A DNA stretch of 33,784 bases from Microthrixaceae bacterium (GCA_007118345.1 SKRR01000011.1:1-33784), one strand, 5' to 3'; positions 1 to 9,507 are shown, counted from the first letter of the stretch. Program-made: numbers and translations. Notes: generated from the sequence alone by a model not told the origin.

Positions 1-265
1 CGGTCGTCGTCGTGGTCGACGTGGACGGAACGGTCGTCGTGGTGGACGTCGTCGTGGTGGACGTCGTCGTGGTGGACGTCGTCGTGGTGGAGGTCGTCGT
101 CGGCGCCTCGGTGGTCGTGGTGGAGGTCGTCGTCGGCGCCTCGGTGGTCGTGGTGCTGGTCGTCGGCGACGGCTCGGTCGGCGGCACGCATGCCGCACCG
201 ATCAGTCCGACCACGCCGATGACGAGCCCGACGACCGCTCGACGCGGTCCAGTTCCTGCCTGCAT
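1..265 (-). CDS. N-terminal part of a probable lipoprotein or secreted protein with a Thr/Ser-rich low-complexity linker. The gene runs off the left window edge and its C-terminus is missing.
   Basis: The reverse-strand ATG at 265-263 translates to MQAGTGPRRAVVGLVIGVVGLIGAAC-VPPTEPSPTTSTTTTEAPTTTSTTTT... This shows an RR n-region, a hydrophobic core, a lipobox-like IGAAC, then a Thr-rich repeat. I translated the frame by hand and it stays open down to position 2. It is absent from the ORF track because it has no in-window stop. The + ORF 12..269 (VVVDVVVV) is its antisense shadow. Confidence 0.5.
   Translation of the reverse strand, partial: MQAGTGPRRAVVGLVIGVVGLIGAACVPPTEPSPTTSTTTTEAPTTTSTTTTEAPTTTSTTTTSTTTTSTTTTSTTTTVPSTSTTTTT
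33..160. repeat. Coding tandem repeats inside the lipoprotein linker. The 15-bp unit gtcgtcgtggtggac occurs 4 times, then a 33-bp unit occurs twice.
   Basis: Read directly. Copies lie at 33-47, 48-62, 63-77 and 78-92 (the last ends ...gag). The 33-bp unit gtcgtcgtcggcgcctcggtggtcgtggtggag then occurs twice. These encode TTSTT / EAPTTTSTTTT repeats on the minus strand. Confidence 0.8.
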
Positions 266-375
266 GTGAACTCCCCCTGATCGCCCCTCCGGAGGCGCTG
301 CTCCGGCACCGACAGTCAAACCGACGTTGCGCCGGCTGTCCACCCTTCTGGCCAGCAGCGTCGGACCCGCGGGGT

Positions 376-1296
376 TCAGGCCAGCAGGTCCGAGCAGAAC
401 GCGATCGTCGCGCTCGTGAAGGCGTGCGGCGCCTCCCACGGGACGAAGTGCCCGCAGTCGCGCAACAGGAACGGTCCCACGTGGTCGGGGAACGCCGCAG
501 CGGCGTCACGATCGAAGGTCGTCGGCAGCACGTGGTCCGACGGGCCGTAGAGGATCAGCGCCTGGATGTCGGGGTTCGGTGCCAGCACCGACGGCTCACT
601 GCGTGCTCCTCGGTCGAACACCGCCTCGTACGCCGCGAAACCGGCGCGCAGGTGCTCACCGGAGGTGAACGGCGCGACGTGGAACGAGACGGCCGCAGCA
701 TCGAACGCGCCGTCGTGGGCCCAGAACCGTGAGGTGTAGAACGTCGACACGTACCCGGCCCGGGCGCCGGGCGTGGAGAGCTCGGCGGCGAGCCCGTCGG
801 CGTCGGTGCCCTGGCGAACGAAGTAGTCCGAGCTGCTCGCCCAGACGTGCCCACCATCGCTGCGCCCGATCCCCGGCACGGGACAGTTGAACAGCACCAG
901 CCGCTCGGCCAGGTTGGGGAACCGCAATGCGAGTTCCTGCACGACCGGCCCGCCGAGATCTCCGGCGGCGAGCACGACCCGCTCGTGACCGAGCTCGTCG
1001 GTGAGCAGCGCCGCGAGGTCGCGAGCGTGGACCGGCGTGTCGCCGGGACCGGCGGGACCGGCCCCGGAGTCGCCGAACCCGCGGAGGTCCGGCACGATCA
1101 CCTCGAACCCGGCAGCGGCGAGGGGTTCGATGACTCGCCACCAGATGCGCTTGGTCTCCGGCCAGCCGTGCACGAGGACCAACGGCACCCCACCGGCACC
1201 CTCGCGCACGTAGGCCTGGGAGAACCCCCGCCCGCCGAACCGGTGCACGCGGAAGCGGTCGGGGTCGAGATCGGGGGGCGGTGGGGCGTCGGCCAT
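376..1296 (-). CDS. α/β-hydrolase fold protein, epoxide hydrolase / haloalkane dehalogenase-like
   Basis: The 306-aa ORF contains VLVHGWPETKRIWW (the HGWP motif of epoxide-hydrolase-like α/β hydrolases) and a GDLGG nucleophile-elbow-like segment. The fold assignment is from established family knowledge. Confidence 0.85.
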   Translation of the reverse strand: MADAPPPPDLDPDRFRVHRFGGRGFSQAYVREGAGGVPLVLVHGWPETKRIWWRVIEPLAAAGFEVIVPDLRGFGDSGAGPAGPGDTPVHARDLAALLTDELGHERVVLAAGDLGGPVVQELALRFPNLAERLVLFNCPVPGIGRSDGGHVWASSSDYFVRQGTDADGLAAELSTPGARAGYVSTFYTSRFWAHDGAFDAAAVSFHVAPFTSGEHLRAGFAAYEAVFDRGARSEPSVLAPNPDIQALILYGPSDHVLPTTFDRDAAAAFPDHVGPFLLRDCGHFVPWEAPHAFTSATIAFCSDLLA

Positions 1297-1387
1297 GACC
1301 GAGGACGCTAGGCGTCGAGGGTCATGAGGTCGCGCTGGTCGCCCACGATCGAGGACATGGAACCGGACCGAGAGCGCTTCCCCTGGC

Positions 1388-2635
1388 TCAGTTCCCGTTC
1401 ACGCTCCAGTGCCACGGTTCCGAGGGCAGGTTGAAGAACCCGAACCGGTGGGCGTGCTCCGAGAGCCACTGGTAACACGCCGTCGAGCGAACCCCGCAGT
1501 TCGAGAAGTCGACCGCGAGGCCGCGTTCGTGCATCGACGAACCCGGACGGGCCGTCGGCGGCGAACACGACGACGCCGGCGCCAGGTACACCTGCTCCGG
1601 GGACGAACCGCAGTGCGCGTGCCGCAGCGACACCTGCGACTCGACGGTCCGCCAGCCGTACCCGTCGAGCACCACGCCGTCAGCAGCCGCAGCGACGACC
1701 ATCGCCGTCACGGCGTCGACGACCGAACGGTGGACCCGGATCGTGGTCCCGGGGACCACGGAGACGTCCGATGCCGGCACCGGTGGACCGGCGGCAGCAG
1801 CAGCGGCCGCTTCGCGTTCGGCGACCACGCGCTCCAGGAAGACATCCACGATCTCCAGGGAGGAGACCTCGGCTTCGATCAACTCGGTGAAGAGCTGCAG
1901 GTCGGCGAGCCGTTCACCGGTCTCCTCGGCCGCTGCTGCCGCGGCATTGGCTGCTGCGGTCGCCTCCGCTGCTGCGGCCTCGGCAGCCACCGACGCCAGC
2001 TCGGCCTCCGCCGCTGCGGTCGCGGCGTCGGCCTCAGCCTCGTCGGCCGCCGCCACCAGTTCCGCGAGGCTCTGTGCACGAGAGCTGAGCAAGCCGTGGA
2101 GGAAGAACGAATCGTTCACGTCCGACACCGACACCAAGGCCCTCGTCGTGTCCTTCTCTGGCGGCGACATGTACGCGTCGACCAGCGCGTTGCGCGCTGC
2201 GTCACGGGCCCGGACCGCCCTGCGGGCGGCAACCTCGGCCGCCCTCGCCGAACGCTTCGCGTCGTCGTTCGCCGCTGCCACTTCCACAAGGGCACTGTCG
2301 AGCCACTCGTTCGCAGCGCTCGACCGCTCCTCGGCTGCGTCGAGTTCCACCTCGGCGAGCTCGACCAGCTCGGTGAGCACTTCGACCGCCGCTGCCGATT
2401 CTCCCAACCGCTGCTGCACCTCCTCACGGGCCGCCAGCGGGTCCGAGAGATCCAACCCGTCGAAAGGGTCGACCTCTGCGACACCGTCGATCGACTCGCC
2501 CGACGAGGCCGGTCCACCGGGCTCGTCAGGTCCGTCGCCGTCGATGCCTCCGGCCACGGAGCCGGGCACTGCGAGGAGCACCACTGCGGCCGCTGCGGCG
2601 GCCGCCCAGACCTTCCTCACCCTCGACACACGCAT
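1388..2635 (-). CDS. Secreted peptidase M15B (VanY / D-Ala-D-Ala carboxypeptidase-like) with a long Ala-rich coiled-coil region
   Basis: The C-terminus has SMHERGLAVDFS (the S-x-H-x-x-G-x-A-x-D zinc-binding motif) and SEPWHWS (ExxH), which are the VanY/M15B signatures. An internal Met is followed by the signal peptide MRVSRVRKVWAAAAAAAVVLLAVPGSVAGG, so this start is preferred over the 597-aa track start at 3181. The middle about 200 aa is Ala/Glu-rich with coiled-coil character. Confidence 0.75.
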   Translation of the reverse strand: MRVSRVRKVWAAAAAAAVVLLAVPGSVAGGIDGDGPDEPGGPASSGESIDGVAEVDPFDGLDLSDPLAAREEVQQRLGESAAAVEVLTELVELAEVELDAAEERSSAANEWLDSALVEVAAANDDAKRSARAAEVAARRAVRARDAARNALVDAYMSPPEKDTTRALVSVSDVNDSFFLHGLLSSRAQSLAELVAAADEAEADAATAAAEAELASVAAEAAAAEATAAANAAAAAAEETGERLADLQLFTELIEAEVSSLEIVDVFLERVVAEREAAAAAAAGPPVPASDVSVVPGTTIRVHRSVVDAVTAMVVAAAADGVVLDGYGWRTVESQVSLRHAHCGSSPEQVYLAPASSCSPPTARPGSSMHERGLAVDFSNCGVRSTACYQWLSEHAHRFGFFNLPSEPWHWSVNGN

Positions 2636-2903
2636 TGTCCCCACCGTCGTCGCGACTCCCCACGTCGAGCTGCGAACTGTAGCGGGCGAACGACCAGAAT
2701 CGACAGCGAGTGAGGTCACGGCGCTTCGTCGGTGACGGGTGCAGCGCGTCGAGTCGTCGGGCCCGACCGGTCCGTCCCCTCGGGACGCAGCGGAGGAGAC
2801 GGCGGATCGCGCAGCTGCGACCGGGATTCCCGACGACGTGGGAGCCCCGGCGGCGCTGAGGAGCGGGACGGCAGTAGGTTGACCACATCTGCAGTGATTC
2901 GCC

Positions 2904-3491
2904 ATGACCACCTTGTTCGCCCTCTTCGCCGCAGCCGGCGTGCCCCTGGTCGCTTGGTTCCTGCTCGCGGGTGACAGCAGTGACGGTGGCGACGCCGGGG
3001 GTGGCGACGACGGCGGCGGCGTGGGCGGCATCATGCTGCGGCTCTTCCCACTCAGCACCCTCGCGATCGCGGCGGCGACATTCGGCGTGACCGGCCTCGC
3101 CCTCGGCGCCGTCGGCACGAGCGCACCGGCGACCCTGATCCTGGCGATCGTGGTCGCAGTTCTCGCCGGCGGACTCAACACCGCGCTGTTCGGCTACATC
3201 CGCCGCTCGGACTCTGGTGGCTCGCTGAGCGATGAAGCGCTCGAGGGAGCCATCGGACAGGTCGTGCTCCCCATCTCGGGATCGGGGCGCGGGCGCATCG
3301 CGATCTCGGTGAACGACCAGCAGATGTACCTGAGCGCCGTGGCGATCCGCAGCCCTCAGGAGCACTCCGAGCCCGAAGGCGCCTCGACCGAACTCGCGCC
3401 GCGCGAGCTGGCGGTCGGTGATCCGATCCTCGTGGTCCACGTCCGCGAGGGGGTCGCCGGTGTCATCCCCCTCGACATCGATCTGACCTGA
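2904..3491 (+). CDS. NfeD-family membrane protein (short YuaF-like form), flotillin partner
   Basis: The 195-aa protein has hydrophobic N-terminal helices, a Gly/Asp-rich stretch, and a C-terminal β-rich (OB-like) domain. It sits immediately upstream of a flotillin gene with a 31-bp gap, which is the conserved nfeD–floT arrangement. Confidence 0.85.
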   Translation: MTTLFALFAAAGVPLVAWFLLAGDSSDGGDAGGGDDGGGVGGIMLRLFPLSTLAIAAATFGVTGLALGAVGTSAPATLILAIVVAVLAGGLNTALFGYIRRSDSGGSLSDEALEGAIGQVVLPISGSGRGRIAISVNDQQMYLSAVAIRSPQEHSEPEGASTELAPRELAVGDPILVVHVREGVAGVIPLDIDLT

Positions 3492-3522
3492 TGCACATCC
3501 ACCACACAGGAGTACCCCAACC

Positions 3523-4830
<1,308 letters not shown>

Positions 4831-4935
4831 TCGCGAGAACGGCCAGCGCGATTCGGACACCTTCTGGGTTCTCCCAACGCCATTTGCGGGTAGCGCGCGC
4901 GGTGACAGGTTTCATGCCGATCGAGGAGGTTGGAA

Positions 4936-5235
4936 ATGGCGTTCGCACAGGTTCTCGAATTCGAGGCATCCGACGTCGAGAACATCAAGGACATCGAGCG
5001 GGAATGGGAAGCAGCGACGGAGGGGGAGCGAACCGCTCGCCGTGTGGTCCTGTGTCAGGACCGTGATCGGCCGGGCCACTTCTTCGAGTTCGTCTTCTTC
5101 GACTCGTACGACTCCGCGATGGAGAACAGTCGGCTGCCCAAGACCGCGGAGTACGCAGAGAAGATGAAGGAGGCCAGCTCCGGCGAACCGACCTTCCACA
5201 ACTTGGACGTCATCGAGGACCGGGCGTTGAGCTGA
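4936..5235 (+). CDS. Small conserved hypothetical protein (about 99 aa), possibly an ABM/Dabb-like α+β barrel
   Basis: An ATG at 4936 is preceded by a strong SD (GAGGAGG) at -6. The protein reads MAFAQVLEFEASD...RPGHFFEFVFFDSYDSAMENSRLPKT. The β-α-β pattern suggests ABM-like, but I do not recognise the family with certainty. Codon composition is less GC-biased than the neighbouring genes. Confidence 0.5.
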   Translation: MAFAQVLEFEASDVENIKDIEREWEAATEGERTARRVVLCQDRDRPGHFFEFVFFDSYDSAMENSRLPKTAEYAEKMKEASSGEPTFHNLDVIEDRALS

Positions 5236-5303
5236 GGACCGGCGACCGCTGAGCTTGCAGTGGAGGACGAGGTGGCCGTGTCACGTCCGCTTCGCCTCCA
5301 CCT

Positions 5304-5930
5304 TCAACGTCCCAGCAGCTCGAGCACTTCTTCGTCGCTGGTCTGCGCGAAGTCGGCGTACCAGTGGCCGACGGCCGCGAAGTCCGATGGCGTCTGGACG
5401 CAGATGACCTCGTCGGCAAGCTCCCCGAGCCGCCTCGCAGTCTCCGACGCGCAGACGGGGACTGCGAGGATCACGCGTCCTGCGTCGAGGCGCCGAAGCG
5501 CCCGCAACGCGGCCTCTGCAGTCACCCCTGTGGCCAGTCCGTCGTCGACGAGCACCACGTCGCGTCCAGCAAAGGGAGGCAGCGGCCGATCGGCGCGATA
5601 GCGATGTACCCGGCGTTCCAGCTCCTCTCGCTCCCGCCGCACCAGTTCGGCCCAGTCCGACGCACTCAGCCCGAGCAGGGCGACCAGCTGCTCGTCGCGC
5701 ACCTCGCCCCCGCCCTCGGCGACCGCACCGATGCCGAACTCGGGTTGGCCCGGCGCACCGACCTTGCGTGCGACGAACACCTCGAGAGGCGCATGGAGCG
5801 CCGTGGCGACCTCGAAGGCCACCGGCGCGCCGCCTCTCGGTAGGCCCAGGACCACCGGGTCGTTCAGCTCGAGGCGACTGAGTTCCTCACTCAGCCGCTG
5901 CCCTGCATCTTTCCGGTCACGGAACTGCAT
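5304..5930 (-). CDS. Phosphoribosyltransferase-domain protein (type I PRTase fold)
   Basis: The protein has VVLGLPRGGAPVAFEVATAL and the PRPP-binding signature DVVLVDDGLATGVTAEAA (VLVDDxxxTGxT). An ATG at 5930 (MQFRDRKDAG) has a GAGGTGG SD. The track start at 5939 is a GTG. Confidence 0.85.
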   Translation of the reverse strand: MQFRDRKDAGQRLSEELSRLELNDPVVLGLPRGGAPVAFEVATALHAPLEVFVARKVGAPGQPEFGIGAVAEGGGEVRDEQLVALLGLSASDWAELVRREREELERRVHRYRADRPLPPFAGRDVVLVDDGLATGVTAEAALRALRRLDAGRVILAVPVCASETARRLGELADEVICVQTPSDFAAVGHWYADFAQTSDEEVLELLGR

Positions 5931-5975
5931 ACGAACCACCTCGTCGTGACCGTCCAGCGAACCGGGTCGCGGGCA

Positions 5976-7310
5976 TCACTGGTTGAAGGGATAGGTCTCG
6001 AACTCGGCCGAGCGCGGCGGCGGCTCCGGGCGGAGCGGGTGCAGTGCCTCAGTGCGCTCGAAGAAGCAGAACGCGTCGTACCGGGCTCCCATCACGGTGG
6101 GGACCCAATTGCCCGTCCGCTCCTCGCCGTAGACGACGCCGATGGCGCGGTGGCCCCGGACCGCGCCGAGCCAGTCGATGCGGGCACGCTCCTGCACCTT
6201 CTCGCTGAACAGCAGCAGGCAGCCCGTGTCGCTGGCACCGTTGATCAGGTCCTCGTGGGTCCCCGGCATCGACGGCGGAACGGCCATCTCCGCCACGGGC
6301 GCGCCCCATGAGCCCCCGGCCATGACTGAGCCCTCGTGACAGCCGAAACCGACCAGCACCACCCGTTCCTCGCCGTGGCGCTCACGGGCGAGTTGACCGA
6401 GGTTCACCATGCCTGCAGCCGCCATCGGTGTCCCACGTGCATCGCCGATGTGCGTGTTGTGCTCCCACACCACCGCCCTGGCACCGGCTCCGTGACGACC
6501 CATCAGCCGCTCCAGCGTGTTCGCCATGTGGGTGTCACGAACGTTCCACGATGCGGCGCCGCCCCGCACCATCGTGCGGTAGTAGCGCTCCGCGTTCACC
6601 GCCACCTCGGCGTTCTGCTCGGCGTTGAGTCGCGACTCGTCGTCGTCGCCGCCACTTTCCACGCGACGGAGTCGAAGCAACATCTCGACCACGTCCTGTT
6701 CACAGGAGGCCGGAACGAGTCGGGTCGCCATGGCATACGCCTGCGGGTCCTCCCCGTACGGCTCGAAGCACCGGTACGCCTGACGCGCGACATCGAGGGA
6801 ATCCGGTTCGTGCTCGGCCAGGTGGGCGAGGATCGACTCCAGGGATTCCCAGAGCGAGTACACGTCGAGTCCGTAGAAACCCACACGCTCGGCCATGGCG
6901 AGCCGGGAGTTGTGGTCGCGCAACCAGTCGAGGAACTCCGCCACCTCGCGGTTCGCCCACATCCACGTCGGCCAACGGTCGAAACCCATCAGCACGTCCG
7001 CCGCCCGCTCGGGGCCCTCGACCAGACCCTTGACCCAGCGGTTCACCTCGAAGCAGTCCGGCCAGTCACCCTCGACGGCGATGAAGCTCACCCCTCTGTC
7101 GACGATCAGCCGACGGGTGATCTCCGCTCGCCACTTGTAGTACTCACTGGTCCCATGGGATGCCTCGCCCAGCAGGACGTAGGGCCGGTCGCCGACCCGA
7201 TCCAGCAGCGGGTCCAGGTCGACGGGGGTCTCCAGCGGTCGGGCGAGCTGCTCGATCTCCTGGGCATGCCGGCTCATCACCGGGTCGTCGTGGGCCGTCC
7301 GTCTCGGCAT
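5976..7310 (-). CDS. Erythromycin esterase family protein (Ere/ChaN-like, PF05139)
   Basis: The 444-aa protein has YVLLGEASHGTSEYYKWRAEITRRL (the Ere-family LGEASHGT motif) and ...WEHNTHIGDARGT. A GAGGGAG SD lies upstream of the ATG at 7310. It ends 45 bp from the PRTase gene start on the same strand. Confidence 0.9.
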   Translation of the reverse strand: MPRRTAHDDPVMSRHAQEIEQLARPLETPVDLDPLLDRVGDRPYVLLGEASHGTSEYYKWRAEITRRLIVDRGVSFIAVEGDWPDCFEVNRWVKGLVEGPERAADVLMGFDRWPTWMWANREVAEFLDWLRDHNSRLAMAERVGFYGLDVYSLWESLESILAHLAEHEPDSLDVARQAYRCFEPYGEDPQAYAMATRLVPASCEQDVVEMLLRLRRVESGGDDDESRLNAEQNAEVAVNAERYYRTMVRGGAASWNVRDTHMANTLERLMGRHGAGARAVVWEHNTHIGDARGTPMAAAGMVNLGQLARERHGEERVVLVGFGCHEGSVMAGGSWGAPVAEMAVPPSMPGTHEDLINGASDTGCLLLFSEKVQERARIDWLGAVRGHRAIGVVYGEERTGNWVPTVMGARYDAFCFFERTEALHPLRPEPPPRSAEFETYPFNQ

Positions 7311-7363
7311 CTTTCTCCCTCATGTCTCGTTGCGGCGAGTCCGCCCGCGCCAGATGACGGAGC

Positions 7364-8086
7364 TCAGCGGTGCAGCGCCTGGCGGATGGGTTCGCCGAGG
7401 GACGAGTGCGAGGCCGATCGGCCGATCTCGCCCGCCTTCGAGATGACGTCGCGCGAGGTGTCCGCGATCGGCACGGATCGAAGCGCGTCGGGGATCGACT
7501 GCAGGGCGTCCGGCATCGACTGCAGTGCATCGGGGAGGGAGTGCAACGCGTCCGGAATCGAGTGCAGGGCGTCGGGGACCATCCGTTCGGCCACGCCCTT
7601 CAGCACCTGGCCCGGCCGCTGCTGCTCACCGAGCCGGGCCTCCGCGACGATCATCGCGCCGGTCAGGACCGGCACCGCGATCTGCACCGTGCGCAGCCGT
7701 CGGAGCGTGGCTGACCGCTCGACGGCCGACTCCTCGCCCTCCTGCTGTGCTTCCTCGTAGGCGTCGCGGCCCAGTCGCGACGCGTAGAACGTGGCCCCGA
7801 GGGCGCCGACGGTGCACACGCCCTTCACGATGGCCGCCGAGGGCACGCCCCGCTGCGCGCCGAGCCGCCCCTTGTTCGTCATCGCGAGCCTCGCCGAGCC
7901 GACCAGGTGGGCGGTGATCGCCACGCTCTGCACCGGCGACCACCGGCGCCACGCTTCGTTCTCGTACTCGAGGTCGTCGCCACCCGAACCGTTCGCCAGC
8001 GCGACCGTGCCGAGGAGGGATCCTCCGAACCATGCGGCCAGGCCGACCATGTCGAGTACTCGTGCCGCGTCATCGATCCGTGTCAT
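7364..8086 (-). CDS. Hypothetical 4-TM membrane protein with a C-terminal PDAL(H/Q/R)S hexapeptide tandem repeat
   Basis: The ATG at 8086 (MTRIDDAARVLDMVGLAAWFGG...) has a GGAGG SD. The 267-aa track ORF starting at 8167 has no SD. There are four hydrophobic segments. The C-terminus reads MVPDALHSIPDALHSLPDALQSMPDALQSIPDALRSVPIADTS. It is probably co-transcribed with the Ere and PRTase genes downstream. Confidence 0.6.
   Translation of the reverse strand: MTRIDDAARVLDMVGLAAWFGGSLLGTVALANGSGGDDLEYENEAWRRWSPVQSVAITAHLVGSARLAMTNKGRLGAQRGVPSAAIVKGVCTVGALGATFYASRLGRDAYEEAQQEGEESAVERSATLRRLRTVQIAVPVLTGAMIVAEARLGEQQRPGQVLKGVAERMVPDALHSIPDALHSLPDALQSMPDALQSIPDALRSVPIADTSRDVISKAGEIGRSASHSSLGEPIRQALHR
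7476..7586. repeat. 18-bp coding tandem repeat, 5 copies plus 1 degenerate, unit about cgtcggggatcgactgcagggc
   Basis: Read directly as ...gcgtcggggatcgactgcagggcgtccggcatcgactgcagtgcatcggggagggagtgcaacgcgtccggaatcgagtgcagggcgtcggggaccat... The period is 18 bp, giving PDALxS on the minus strand. Confidence 0.8.
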
Positions 8087-8289
8087 CTCGGTGCCTCCAT
8101 GGGGTCGACCGCCGATACCCGGCTCCGACGGACGACAAACCGCTGGCACGCCGACGACCGCACGCACACCCAGCGGCCGTCGTTTGACATCCCCCTCCGA
8201 ACGGGAACCCTCTGGTGCGCGCAGGCTGTGACCGGGCGGTGCAGCACGACGGACTCCGACACGTCGAACCGGAGCGCGGAAGGATCCTC

Positions 8290-9459
8290 ATGCGCATCGG
8301 CAGGACATCCCGTGTGGGAGGAGCCGGTCTGCTGGCGTTGGCAGCGACCTACGGCATCGGCCGGCAGGCATACGGCTTGTTCGTGCCCACCTTCCGGGCG
8401 GAGTTCGACCTCTCCCTCGAGGTGCTGGGCTACTACGCCAGCGCCGCGCAGGCCGGCTACCTGGCGGCGACGGTGCTCACCGGCGTGCTCACCGCCCGTT
8501 TCGGTCCCCGTGTGCCGGTGGTGTGCGGCAGCCTGCTGCTCGCGCTCGGCGCGGCCGTGACCGCCGCTGCGCCCGGACCGGTGCTGCTGGCAGTGGGGCT
8601 CGTCGCCGCGGGCACGAGCGCCGGTGGCGCGTGGGGTCCGTTCTCGGACGCGATCGACGAGCAGGTCCCTGCGTCCGGAAGCCGTCGTGCGCTGGCGCTG
8701 GTCAACGCGGGCTCTCCGGTCGGCCTCCTGGTCGCCAGCGTGCTGGTGCTGGTTGCCGGCGACCGATGGCGGGTGGTGTGGGGAGCGTTCGCAGTCGTGG
8801 GGCTGGTGGCCGCAGCATCTGCATGGCGGGTGTTGTCGGCGGGAGCGGCGGGACCGGCCCGTGACCTCGGACGGCCCCGACCCGGCTGGTTCTTCAACGC
8901 CCGGTCGGTGCGGGTGTTGCTCGTGGCGCTGGGGGTGTCCGTCACCTCCGGTGCCTACTTCGCGTACGCTCCCGACACCGCTCAGCAGGCCGGGCTGCCC
9001 ACCTGGATCGGTCCGGCGATGTGGGCGGTGGTGGGGATCTGCGGCGCTGCAGTGGGTGTGTTCGGTGGTGGGATCGCCAACCGGTACGGGCTCCGCGGAC
9101 CCTTGGCGGTGATGTTCGTCCTGCTCGGCGGATCGACCTTGGTGCTGCTGGTGGCGCCCGGATCCGTCGTCCCCCCGCTCGGCTCGGCCGCCCTCTTCGG
9201 AGTGGGCTTCACCTCCGGCTTCGCCCTCGTCGCGATGTGGAGCCAGCAGGTCTTCCATGATCGCCCCACCACCGGCTTCACCCTCGTCATCGTGTTCGCC
9301 GCGGCAGGGTTCATCATCGGTCCGAGCCTGTTCGGCGTGCTCGCCACCCGCCTCGATCGTCCAGCGGCACTTCTTGCCGCGGCCACCCCCGCCCTGCTCG
9401 CAGCGATGGTTCCGCCGCTGCGGGATCGACCCCGCCGACGCAGCGCCGTGGCGCCCTGA
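8290..9459 (+). CDS. MFS-type transporter with about 12 predicted TM helices
   Basis: The protein is hydrophobic with a repeated 6+6 helix pattern. An ATG at 8290 (MRIGRTSRVGG) has a GAAGGA SD. The upstream 75 nt of the track ORF are probably not translated. Confidence 0.8.
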   Translation: MRIGRTSRVGGAGLLALAATYGIGRQAYGLFVPTFRAEFDLSLEVLGYYASAAQAGYLAATVLTGVLTARFGPRVPVVCGSLLLALGAAVTAAAPGPVLLAVGLVAAGTSAGGAWGPFSDAIDEQVPASGSRRALALVNAGSPVGLLVASVLVLVAGDRWRVVWGAFAVVGLVAAASAWRVLSAGAAGPARDLGRPRPGWFFNARSVRVLLVALGVSVTSGAYFAYAPDTAQQAGLPTWIGPAMWAVVGICGAAVGVFGGGIANRYGLRGPLAVMFVLLGGSTLVLLVAPGSVVPPLGSAALFGVGFTSGFALVAMWSQQVFHDRPTTGFTLVIVFAAAGFIIGPSLFGVLATRLDRPAALLAAATPALLAAMVPPLRDRPRRRSAVAP

Positions 9460-9507
9460 CCACCCCGGTGTCGCAACGGTTCGCGTGCCACGCCGGCCGG
9501 ACGCGCA

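Noticed and set aside
12-269. + strand ORF MVDVDGTVVVVDVVVV... (85 aa)
   Set aside because: It is pure Val/Asp repeat and the antisense of the Thr-rich lipoprotein linker. The minus strand has a proper signal peptide and lipobox.
1308-1568. 86-aa minus ORF between the hydrolase and the peptidase genes
   Set aside because: It overlaps the conserved catalytic C-terminus of the M15 peptidase out of frame and has no SD.
2575-2645. Apparent 1-nt offset between my hand translation of the displayed text and the track translations of three ORFs near 2581-2640
   Set aside because: Coordinates on both sides (1388, 2732, 2904) agree with the track, so this is most likely a reading or transcription slip on my part. 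It is not a biological frameshift. The peptidase start is placed by the track frame.
1409-2735. Two overlapping + ORFs (434 aa Arg-rich, 330 aa Ala/Ser-rich)
   Set aside because: They are antisense shadows of the Ala-rich coiled coil of the M15 peptidase gene. They are low-complexity with no motifs and no SD.
5258-5300. Imperfect inverted repeat gtggagg...cctccac between the small + gene and the PRTase gene
   Set aside because: It is a 7-bp stem with a 29-nt loop, which is not a credible terminator.
8180-8215. TTGACA hexamer upstream of the MFS gene as a -35 element
   Set aside because: There is no convincing -10 at 16-19 bp spacing, so it is too weak to call.
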